From a virus (lineage: Duplodnaviria > Caudoviricetes), in the IMG/VR virus record IMGVR_UViG_3300012920_000052, positions 1-54,140 of that record: a stretch of DNA of 54,140 nt, one strand, 5' to 3'. Shown piece by piece: positions 39,860 through 48,763 of the stretch. How positions within the stretch are numbered: the stretch's first letter is position 1; every line of letters starts with the position of its first letter. Position numbers and translations under genes: made by a program. The notes below the pieces were generated by a model, which made no database searches, was not told the DNA's origin, and saw only the letters and a list, made by a program, of their open reading frames with translations.

Positions 39860-41605
39860 TTGGAAATAAGAATACCGGAAAAAGAAGCTTTAGATATTCT
39901 CTCTACCTATGGTGGAGCAAATAATTACGTCTTAGAATTAAAAGAAAAGACAAAAAGTAAATATTATAAACTTAGTAGAACCCAAGTAGATTATATCATA
40001 TCTCACAAAGACATTGTACCTAAGGTAGCTCGTAAATTTGTTGAAATCGACCCCTATCTTTCTGAACAATTACAAGAAAATCGTTTATTACCTAAACCCC
40101 CTAAAAAAATATGGGTAGAAAAAATTCTAGTAGAAAGTGAAAAGGCTTATCATATATGGGGTAAAATTATAGACGCGGATAATTTACACGCGTTCTGGGT
40201 ACCTAAGTCACAGATAGTACCCAAACAACAACAAAAAGATTTAAAAATAGACTATAGTCCTTTTTCCCATAGACCACCAATGGAACACCAACGACCAGCA
40301 ATAGAAGCTTTATTAAAAAATGACATGTATATTCTTGCTGATGATATGGGTCTGGGTAAAACCACGTCTGCCGTACTAGCTAGTATAATTGAAAATAGTA
40401 AACGAACATTAGTTGTCTGTCCCGCGTCATTAAAAATAAATTGGAAAAGAGAGATAGAAAATTACACTAATGAAGAGGTAGTAATAGTTGAAGGTAAAAA
40501 GTGGAAAGAAGGTAAATTTATTATAATTAATTACGACATACTTAAAAATTTTCATTCTTTTAAAGACGATAGTGTAAGAATTTTATTAGACTCTGGAATA
40601 GAAAGAATAATAATAGATGAAGCTCATTATATTTCTAATCCTAAAGCACAAAGAACTAAAATAATTAATCAAATATCTAATAAGTTAGGTAAGGTTTGGT
40701 TACTTACTGGGACACCTATGACATCTAGACCTATTAATTACTACAATTTATTAAAACTAGTAAATAGTAGGGTGGCTAGTAACTGGATTACTTATGTCAG
40801 TAGATATTGTGAAGGTAGACAATTTAGAGGCCCTAATGGTAGAAAAATATGGAATGTTAACGGAGCTTCTAATTTAGAAGAACTTAGAGATAGAACACAA
40901 GATAAGATTACACGAAGATTAAAAGAAGATGTATTGGACCTGCCAGATAAAATTATAACTCCCATATACTTAGAACTAATGTCTGCAGAATATGAAAAAG
41001 AAATGGGAGAGTATTTGTCTTGGTCTGACGAAAACCAAAATGAAAGCATTACAATACATTTAGCTAAACTTACAAAAGTTAGACAAATTATAGCTTCAGG
41101 TAAAATTACACACACAATACAATTAATTAATGATATTTTAGAACAAGACAAAAAAGTTATTGTTTTTACTAACTTTACTGCTCCTTTAATGGAACTCCAT
41201 TCACATTATCCTAAAAACTCTGTCGTACTTCATGGGCAAATGTCTAAAGAAGAAAGACAAAAATCTGTAGACAAATTTCAAAACAACCCAAAAATAAAAA
41301 TATTCATATCTAATTTAAAAGCGGGTGGTGTAGGAATTACTTTGACAGCAGCTGAAGCAGTCATTATGAATGATTTAAGTTTTGTTCCATCAGACCACTC
41401 CCAAGCTGAAGATAGAGCTTTCAGAATAGGACAAAAAAAGAACGTGTCTTGTTTTTACCCCATATTTGATAACACTCTTGAAAGAATAATTTATAATATA
41501 TTACAAAAAAAGAAAAATGTAATTGATACTGTTATGGGTGATATTACCATAGAACCAGATACAGATATTATGCAAGAATTATTTAATGAGTTACATAATA
41601 TTTGA
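39860..41605 (+). CDS. SNF2-family helicase (SMARCAL1/HARP-like)
   Basis: LADDMGLGKT, VCPASL, DEAH, LTGTP, AGGVGITLT, QAEDRAFRIGQ. Confidence 0.93.
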   Translation: MEIRIPEKEALDILSTYGGANNYVLELKEKTKSKYYKLSRTQVDYIISHKDIVPKVARKFVEIDPYLSEQLQENRLLPKPPKKIWVEKILVESEKAYHIWGKIIDADNLHAFWVPKSQIVPKQQQKDLKIDYSPFSHRPPMEHQRPAIEALLKNDMYILADDMGLGKTTSAVLASIIENSKRTLVVCPASLKINWKREIENYTNEEVVIVEGKKWKEGKFIIINYDILKNFHSFKDDSVRILLDSGIERIIIDEAHYISNPKAQRTKIINQISNKLGKVWLLTGTPMTSRPINYYNLLKLVNSRVASNWITYVSRYCEGRQFRGPNGRKIWNVNGASNLEELRDRTQDKITRRLKEDVLDLPDKIITPIYLELMSAEYEKEMGEYLSWSDENQNESITIHLAKLTKVRQIIASGKITHTIQLINDILEQDKKVIVFTNFTAPLMELHSHYPKNSVVLHGQMSKEERQKSVDKFQNNPKIKIFISNLKAGGVGITLTAAEAVIMNDLSFVPSDHSQAEDRAFRIGQKKNVSCFYPIFDNTLERIIYNILQKKKNVIDTVMGDITIEPDTDIMQELFNELHNI

Positions 41606-41642
41606 AACTATCATAATTAGTAATATTTATAGATAAAAGATT

Positions 41643-42764
41643 ATGCCAAGTAACGTTAGTATTTTAGACAAACAGAGACTCTACACTCAACTTAGACACC
41701 AACTAGGTGCACCAATAGTGGGAGTGGAGTTAGAAGACGATATGTTAGACTCTTTATTGGAGATAGCGATACAAGATTATGCTATGTATGTGAATGACTG
41801 GTTAATTGAAAATCAATGGGCATCTTTAGACGGAATTAATGTAGATGAAGCAGACTTAGCTAGAGCATATACTACCAGGAGTTTGGATTGGGAAAGTTCT
41901 TTTACATACGCCTATTCTAAAATTGTAGGTCTTCAAACAATGGGCCCGTGGATTCTTAAAAAAGACTATGTAGAGTTAGTTAAAGACCAACAAATATATC
42001 AAATTCCAGCAGGACGAGAAATAAATGAAATAATGTGGTATAGTCGTCCCGAACTTAATGAAATGTTAGTCGACCCTTTCTTGGGTGGTTTTGGAGGATT
42101 CGGAGGTATCGGTATGGGTGGAGCTGGCGGTTTTGCTCAAATGGGAATTGTGGGTTCTTACTATATGATGCCCGCTTACGACATCCTATTAAGAATGCAA
42201 GATAGGAATATTAAAAATAGACTTATAGGTTCAGATTTAACTTATCGTGTTACCGCGGGACCAGAAGGTACTAGATATTTACATTTATATAATGTACCTG
42301 GCGGTAGGTTTGATTTTGGAAATTCTGAAATAAATGGAGCCAGAGTCTGGTACTGGTATTATGATGTTAATCCGGACAACGTAAACGATTGTTTAGCAGA
42401 AAATAAAGATATTATTAGAGTACCATCTGATGCACCCATAAATGATATAGAGTGGATTGATTTAAACTCACCAGCCAGAGCGTGGGTAAGAAGGTATTTT
42501 ACAGCTTTAGCGAAAGAAACTTTAGGGAGAGTAAGGGGTAAATTTAGTGGAGCCTTAAAAGTACCAGATAGTGAGTTAACAATGGACTATTCTTCTTTAT
42601 TTAGTGAATCACAAGATGAAAAAACTAAACTTACCGAAGAACTTATGGGTAGGTTAGAAAGATTAAGAGAAGATAAATTAATGGAAAGAAAAGCTCTTGT
42701 AGCTGAAAATCTTAATAAAGCTTTAGGGTACAGACCATTTCAAGACCCTTATAATGTAATTTAA
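41643..42764 (+). CDS. Neck / head-tail adaptor protein (T4 gp13-like)
   Basis: 'LGAPIVGVELEDDML' N-terminus and 'WVRRYFTALAKETLGRVRGKFSG' C-terminus. Confidence 0.8.
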   Translation: MPSNVSILDKQRLYTQLRHQLGAPIVGVELEDDMLDSLLEIAIQDYAMYVNDWLIENQWASLDGINVDEADLARAYTTRSLDWESSFTYAYSKIVGLQTMGPWILKKDYVELVKDQQIYQIPAGREINEIMWYSRPELNEMLVDPFLGGFGGFGGIGMGGAGGFAQMGIVGSYYMMPAYDILLRMQDRNIKNRLIGSDLTYRVTAGPEGTRYLHLYNVPGGRFDFGNSEINGARVWYWYYDVNPDNVNDCLAENKDIIRVPSDAPINDIEWIDLNSPARAWVRRYFTALAKETLGRVRGKFSGALKVPDSELTMDYSSLFSESQDEKTKLTEELMGRLERLREDKLMERKALVAENLNKALGYRPFQDPYNVI

Positions 42765-42765
42765 T

Positions 42766-43644
42766 ATGGGATACAATTATCCAGGATACGGTTTAAGAAC
42801 CAAAGCCGACTACTCGAGACAACTTTATCAGAACTGTGATACCACAGCTCAATTTTCTGGTAGTACAAAGTTCGACCAAAGTTTGTGTGTCAATCTGTCT
42901 TCAGACACAACTACTTATAATTTTAATTTAACTTCTACCTCTGCTTCTACTGCAGTATTTTCTATTGGTTTGGAGCCAGACCTAACAATAGGTAAATCAG
43001 GAGTTCAGATATTATCAAGTTTATTACCTACAGGTTCTTTTAATGATTTAGAAATAGACACCTCAACTGGAGAAGTTTATAGGGCAGCGTCTTCATTACG
43101 ATATAAAGAAGAAATACAACCCTTATCTCCTAATGAATTAAGTGCTGTTTTAAGTTTAACTCCAGTAAGTTTTAAATGGAAATCTAACAATAAAAAATCA
43201 GTAGGTTTAATCGCAGAACAAGTACACGATGTTGGTTTAACAGATTTTGTAACGTATAACGAAAAGGGAGAGCCTGATGGTGTTAGTTATAAATTACTAA
43301 CAATAGCATTAATTTCGGTTTTACAAAACAACACACAAACCCAACTTAAATTAAATGAAACTAAAGAAACAACAGAAAATATTCCAGTTGTTATTTCTAC
43401 AGACTACACCACATCTCAAACAAGATACATTATAGCTAAGAATGATTTAACTATAACTTTAGATAGTAAAAATTTAAAAAGATTTTATATTAAATCTATG
43501 GCTAATATTAAAATTAAACCTTTAATTGGTAAAATAGATGAGGAATGGGAAGAAATAAATATGGGTCCACAAAGTAGTATAGAACTCCTATGTGAAGGAA
43601 CCGACTGGTATATACTATCTTCTGATGGATTAAAAAATTCCTAG
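42766..43644 (+). CDS. Short fibre/spike protein with an intramolecular chaperone (peptidase S74-like) domain
   Basis: SSLRYKEEIQPL...LTPVSFKWK...GLIAEQV...GVSYKLLTIALI. Confidence 0.8.
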   Translation: MGYNYPGYGLRTKADYSRQLYQNCDTTAQFSGSTKFDQSLCVNLSSDTTTYNFNLTSTSASTAVFSIGLEPDLTIGKSGVQILSSLLPTGSFNDLEIDTSTGEVYRAASSLRYKEEIQPLSPNELSAVLSLTPVSFKWKSNNKKSVGLIAEQVHDVGLTDFVTYNEKGEPDGVSYKLLTIALISVLQNNTQTQLKLNETKETTENIPVVISTDYTTSQTRYIIAKNDLTITLDSKNLKRFYIKSMANIKIKPLIGKIDEEWEEINMGPQSSIELLCEGTDWYILSSDGLKNS

Positions 43645-46341
43645 AGGTTCTAAAAACTTTTCTGGGTCTTGATTCATTTTACCCCAAAACATGTTCTCTT
43701 CTTTAGATATTGAAAGTACTTCATCTAAGTCATCTTGGTCACCTTCTTTTCTCGCCAAACCGTTTATTAACTCACATTGTTTGTTTGTAAAAAACTGTCT
43801 ATCTTCTGGTTTACTGACAATTAAACTATCTCTAACTTCCTTTTTAAATACAACTAAAAGTGGTTCTACCCTCTTATTAAAAGTGTTCATATATCTTGGT
43901 ACGTTGTAGTCTCCACACATTTCAGGTTTTTCTTCTATGTCTTTTTCAGGAATTCTGTAACACCTTAATATAGTTTCTTTAGTCCCATCTTTTAATTTTT
44001 TATTCTGTACATCTCCATGAGACATAGCGGTCCCGTTATTAACGTAATATATTGTATCACCTAAATTAACTCTAAGATTTTCCTTCAGTACCAATTCCAT
44101 ATGTGCCATTTTAGACATAGGATTTCCTGCTTTAGTAACTTTTTTAGCTCTTTCTTTGTATTCTGCCACAGTTAGTTTGACTCTAGATTTATTTGCTATT
44201 TTAGATAGTGGAATTTGTTTATTATAAATTTTTTCCACATAAGAATAGTAGTGCTCTATAAAAGATTTACCATCACCTTTTAAAAGCATTTGTAGACCCT
44301 CATCTATAAATTCCACCAAAAATCCTTGCAATGTTTTTGATTTAATAGAGTTTCCTGTTAATTTAACTTTTCCTTTATCTGTTAAAAGAGCGTAGTTTTT
44401 TCTAGCTACATTTATACAAGAAGGCCAAGTACCATCTGTGTCTAGACCCATTTCGTCTCTCATATATAAATCATTATATTCAGCCACATCTGCATCCGCA
44501 CCTTTATATTCCTTACCTTCCACTACTAATTCATTATGACCCTTACCTATATATAGACGTTCTTCTACACCTTCTGGTGATGAAAAGTTTACACCGTCGG
44601 TATCCAATACTAAAGGAGAATACCCACGTTCCATAAACCACCTAATCATGTGCCTTAGATATTGTCTTCCTGTACAAGTCACCATTTCACCACTATCCAT
44701 TTCACCCCAAGGAAAAACCTGAGGAGCTGATAAAGAACCAAACATTGAGTTAATGAAAATTTTAATAGGTAATTGTTTTCTACCATAAGATGATGATTTT
44801 TTATTGTCTACACCATAATATTCTGCAGCTAATTTTTTATACTTTATTCTAGTGTCTCTAAAATATTTTAACATAGATTCCATCGCCCCTGTAACATCAC
44901 ATTCTGGAAAAACCTTGTGTACTAATTGTATTGAGGGGTATAGTGAACTAAAGTCCAGTTTAAGTACATTAGTAGAATAACCAGTCTTAAGTAATCTTGA
45001 CAATCCACCAACAAAAGGTCTTTTTTCATCTTTTTTAGGTATAGCTAAACCGTGTTTGTATGACCAAGCCAACATCAACATTTTCCATAGTGTAGCGGTT
45101 CCCATAGTAGACACCCTTTCATAGGTAGTTGGTACCATTGAAGCCAATAAGAATGAAGCTTGATTAAATTCCTCGTCAACAGTTAATGTTTCTTCGATAT
45201 CACCCTCAAGATATTTTTTAATTATAAATTGTCCATTAACTTCTTCGTAAACGTTTGGGTGTCTCTGTAATAAATTTTCTAACCCTTCTGTATTTTTTAA
45301 CTTATATTTTCCAGTTCTTGGATTAAAATAATAGTCTTCATTATCTTCGTATATTGAGGAAATTTTATCACCAGGTACGTATACACGAGTTTCTTTATTT
45401 GCTCCAATAAATTGTGTGATGTATTTAAGTCCCCAAGACTTAATGTCAGAATTAATTGTTTGTGCTCGTCTAACCGCGTGTGCAATATCAATAACATTAT
45501 AACCCCACATATTTGTAGACATATAATCTTCTATCTCTGCACCTAACTTAAGTATAGATTCTTTTCTTCTAATATTAATATTTGGATGTAGTGTGTGTGA
45601 AATTTCATTTATATTTAATCCTAATATTTCTGCTCTTTTAAACATCCATTCCCAGTCGAAAGACGCGGAGTTATAACCACCTATTATGGTAGGTCTAATT
45701 CTGTTAAGAGTTTCAAAAAAATTAATAATTAATTGTCTTTCACTTTCATCATCATGAGCGTAAAATATTTCACTATTCCCTCTGTTATCTAGTATCCCCA
45801 CTAAAAATATCATACCATCAGAAGGTCTAAGTGCCGTAGTTTCAATGTCAAAAACTAATCTATGGATATCATTATAGTCTTCAAAGCCTTTAAACAGTCT
45901 TTTTTCTTTTTGAATTAAATATTGTTCTACAGGACTAAGTATAATAACTGATGACCTAGTGTTTTCCCCCCAAGGATTTACACCACCTTCTCTAAAAAAT
46001 GAAACTAGGTTTTGATATGTTTTAGTAGTTTTAATTATAAAATTTAACCCTTCTACTAATCTTGGTTGATTATGATTGTCTAGTTTTTCTATAAGAATAC
46101 CATGCTTACTCATCGCTTCTTTTTGTCTAGCTTTACTATTAGAATAAAAATTATAAGGTCTTAGGTCCCCAACCCAAGCAAAAGGAACAAAAGTGTCCTT
46201 AAGTACTTGTTTACCATTAATTGGGTCTTCTTTTATTTTAAAAATAGAACTACTACGATAGTCATATTCTACCGCTACTATGTGTTTTTCTGGGTCACTT
46301 CCCTCTAAAAATTGTTGGATTTCTTCTTGTGTAGGTTTCAT
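43630..46341 (-). CDS. polB: Family B DNA polymerase
   Basis: ExoI FDIET, ExoII GYNSASFD, motif A DFSSLYPS, motif B KIFINSMFG, motif C DTDG; likely start MKPTQEE at 46341. Confidence 0.95.
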   Translation of the reverse strand: MKPTQEEIQQFLEGSDPEKHIVAVEYDYRSSSIFKIKEDPINGKQVLKDTFVPFAWVGDLRPYNFYSNSKARQKEAMSKHGILIEKLDNHNQPRLVEGLNFIIKTTKTYQNLVSFFREGGVNPWGENTRSSVIILSPVEQYLIQKEKRLFKGFEDYNDIHRLVFDIETTALRPSDGMIFLVGILDNRGNSEIFYAHDDESERQLIINFFETLNRIRPTIIGGYNSASFDWEWMFKRAEILGLNINEISHTLHPNINIRRKESILKLGAEIEDYMSTNMWGYNVIDIAHAVRRAQTINSDIKSWGLKYITQFIGANKETRVYVPGDKISSIYEDNEDYYFNPRTGKYKLKNTEGLENLLQRHPNVYEEVNGQFIIKKYLEGDIEETLTVDEEFNQASFLLASMVPTTYERVSTMGTATLWKMLMLAWSYKHGLAIPKKDEKRPFVGGLSRLLKTGYSTNVLKLDFSSLYPSIQLVHKVFPECDVTGAMESMLKYFRDTRIKYKKLAAEYYGVDNKKSSSYGRKQLPIKIFINSMFGSLSAPQVFPWGEMDSGEMVTCTGRQYLRHMIRWFMERGYSPLVLDTDGVNFSSPEGVEERLYIGKGHNELVVEGKEYKGADADVAEYNDLYMRDEMGLDTDGTWPSCINVARKNYALLTDKGKVKLTGNSIKSKTLQGFLVEFIDEGLQMLLKGDGKSFIEHYYSYVEKIYNKQIPLSKIANKSRVKLTVAEYKERAKKVTKAGNPMSKMAHMELVLKENLRVNLGDTIYYVNNGTAMSHGDVQNKKLKDGTKETILRCYRIPEKDIEEKPEMCGDYNVPRYMNTFNKRVEPLLVVFKKEVRDSLIVSKPEDRQFFTNKQCELINGLARKEGDQDDLDEVLSISKEENMFWGKMNQDPEKFLEPLGIF

Positions 46342-46407
46342 GTATATAATAATTTTCGTTTGTAATATTAGCTTCACTCTTTTGGTGAATTTTACTTAAC
46401 ATTAATT

Positions 46408-46438
46408 AAAATATAATAAACTATTTGTTGGATGTCAA
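46408..46438 (-). promoter_or_regulatory. Host-type promoter for the DNA polymerase gene (TTG-N20-TATATTTT, also TTGACA-N17-TATATT)
   Basis: Same layout as the SSB promoter. Confidence 0.65.
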
Positions 46439-46439
46439 T

Positions 46440-46814
46440 TTAAATAATCCCGAAACTTTCTTGAATATTGATAAATAAGTCTTCTCTAACTGGAGCAACT
46501 AACTGTGTCCCAGTACTTAAAAATTCTATTAAGAATTGTCCTTGATATCTACCTACTTCCATAACATCTGATGGTTGCCATCTGTAAAATATATAATACT
46601 CTGGTTCATTAGTGGGGTCCACTTCAGTTTTTTGTACTATACCTGCCGCTTTATTAAGAATAACATACTCACCAGTATCTACTTTTTTCATAGAAAAACT
46701 TAACATAGCATTTTCTAAATCTTTGTAAAACTTTCTAAAATCATTTCTACCATCTTGTATTAACTGCATTTTTAATACTGGTTCTAATGAGTCTTTTCTT
46801 ATAAAAAATTCCAT
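46440..46814 (-). CDS. BppU-like Ig-fold baseplate/fibre adaptor protein
   Basis: 'FFIRKDSLEPVL...YRWQPSDV..VGRYQGQFLIEF' pattern; downstream of fibre genes. Confidence 0.55.
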   Translation of the reverse strand: MEFFIRKDSLEPVLKMQLIQDGRNDFRKFYKDLENAMLSFSMKKVDTGEYVILNKAAGIVQKTEVDPTNEPEYYIFYRWQPSDVMEVGRYQGQFLIEFLSTGTQLVAPVREDLFINIQESFGII

Positions 46815-46842
46815 ATGTGTGTTTTAATTATAAATACTGATT

Positions 46843-48738
46843 TTATTGTTTTACCATTAATATTCCCGCCACATTTAAAGGAGCAACTCCCGTTCCAGTT
46901 GTTTGATATAGGTCTCCAGTTGATAACCCCCCAAGTGTAGCATTTGCTTCGTCCTGAAAAGCAGGGATATTTCTAAGATTCATTGTACTTGCGGTAAATG
47001 AACCATCCATTCTAGTGTCTCCCGAAACATGTAATTTATAATTAGTGTCAGGATTAGGTGTTCCCACACCCAGTACACTAATATTATCAAAATAAGATTT
47101 AGTTTCAGCTGCACCGTTTTCAATAACAAATCTTTCTACATCATTTGCACCACCACTCGTACTGTCCTTAGAACTAAATCTAAACCCACAAGTGTCAGTC
47201 ACAGCTGCTGCATCATTAATGTTTAACATAAAATCCATACCATAAGAACGTGCAGTAGATATTGTGGTTCTGGTTCCCGACTTAGAACCAAAAGCATTAC
47301 TTTGTCTATCATTTAAAATCCAACCAAAACTAGAAGCGTTGTAAAATCTCCATTGTGAATTAGTATTTTCATTTACTCTAAATAATAAAAAATCTCTAGT
47401 ACCGTCATTATCACCACCTATACCAATTCCTGTAGATGTAAATGCTAACGAACCTCTGTCATTTGGGGTTTTTCCCGCACCAATAAGTAGTGTTGGGTTT
47501 GTGGGCAAAGCACTATTAACTAAATCACCTAGGTGAACTTTTCCTGTGTCGGAACAATCTAGGATATGATTACCGACACTATCTTTTACTAAAAATACCA
47601 TATCTGAAGTATTCGAACCAGAACTAGTAATCGTTAAACCACTAGTCACATTAAGTTCACCTGAAACTTTTGCTCCACCGTATGTGACTCTAAAACTTTC
47701 TTCTATAGATGCTCCGTCGTATATTTGAAATGCAAGTTCATTTGCATTACCTGATGTACCATCAAAATCAATACTTGCTCCAATGACACCACCACTACCT
47801 TTAAAACGTACTGTTGGGACATTTGCGTTGTCCGTTCTTTGAAGTGTTAGATGAGGAGTTGCACCTTCTATGCGTGCTTCATCAACTATGTCAACACCAT
47901 CTGTTGTAGTTTCCAACTTTTTAATATTGTTGTGATAAAGTTCAACTGCTCCATCGGCAATACCCTTTACCATAGGTTCTGTACTACTATCCTTAGAAAG
48001 TATAACATTATTATCACTTTGTAGGTATAAGTTTCCAGTTCCTGTTTCTCTTATTATTGAGTGGGCTCCGTTGTGAAATATTTTTAGGTCATCATTACTA
48101 CCAAATCCAGCATAGTTATTACTAACATCACCATCCCCTAATAGTATTTTTCCACCAAAAGACGTATTCCCATCTTGATTTAATGATAATATTTTATTGA
48201 ATGTAGTTAAATCTTGTGAACCACCTGTAGTACCATGTTTTTTTACATAAAACTCTAAACCACCATGACCACCACTAGGCATTTTAACAACTGTCATACC
48301 AGCATTAATATCACCCGCATAGGTTGGGGTATATGTGTTGGTTGCGACACCCCCATCATGGTTAGCATTAAACGTTAATTGTCCTGTATTAGCAAAACCA
48401 GTACTAATCTCTGTATAATAACCGTTACTAAAAGTTGAAGTCTCACCAGTTTGGCTTATATTACCAGTCACTGCCATATCAGTTCCTATAGTTACTGGAC
48501 TACATCCAAAAATATTAGACACCCATAACTCATTAATACAGGTAGCTGAAGTATTTCCTGTAAAAGTTCCTCCGCCCCCTGTTGAACCTGATGAGGTGGT
48601 AGTGGAAAAAATATCTAATAAATTTGTACCTCCACTTAATATATTACCCACACAATCCACATTTTGAAGAAATGTGGTATTTAATGGAATGGTCCCTCCT
48701 TGAAAGTTTTCTATGATATTTTTACATTTACACGACAT
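46843..48738 (-). CDS. Tail fibre-like protein
   Basis: G/S/T/N-rich with fibre-type modules (DDLKIFHNG, GAVELYHNNIKKLETTTDGV, LGVGTPNP...LHVSG). Confidence 0.7.
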   Translation of the reverse strand: MSCKCKNIIENFQGGTIPLNTTFLQNVDCVGNILSGGTNLLDIFSTTTSSGSTGGGGTFTGNTSATCINELWVSNIFGCSPVTIGTDMAVTGNISQTGETSTFSNGYYTEISTGFANTGQLTFNANHDGGVATNTYTPTYAGDINAGMTVVKMPSGGHGGLEFYVKKHGTTGGSQDLTTFNKILSLNQDGNTSFGGKILLGDGDVSNNYAGFGSNDDLKIFHNGAHSIIRETGTGNLYLQSDNNVILSKDSSTEPMVKGIADGAVELYHNNIKKLETTTDGVDIVDEARIEGATPHLTLQRTDNANVPTVRFKGSGGVIGASIDFDGTSGNANELAFQIYDGASIEESFRVTYGGAKVSGELNVTSGLTITSSGSNTSDMVFLVKDSVGNHILDCSDTGKVHLGDLVNSALPTNPTLLIGAGKTPNDRGSLAFTSTGIGIGGDNDGTRDFLLFRVNENTNSQWRFYNASSFGWILNDRQSNAFGSKSGTRTTISTARSYGMDFMLNINDAAAVTDTCGFRFSSKDSTSGGANDVERFVIENGAAETKSYFDNISVLGVGTPNPDTNYKLHVSGDTRMDGSFTASTMNLRNIPAFQDEANATLGGLSTGDLYQTTGTGVAPLNVAGILMVKQ

Positions 48739-48763
48739 AATTTTTTATTTTATAAATAGTTTT

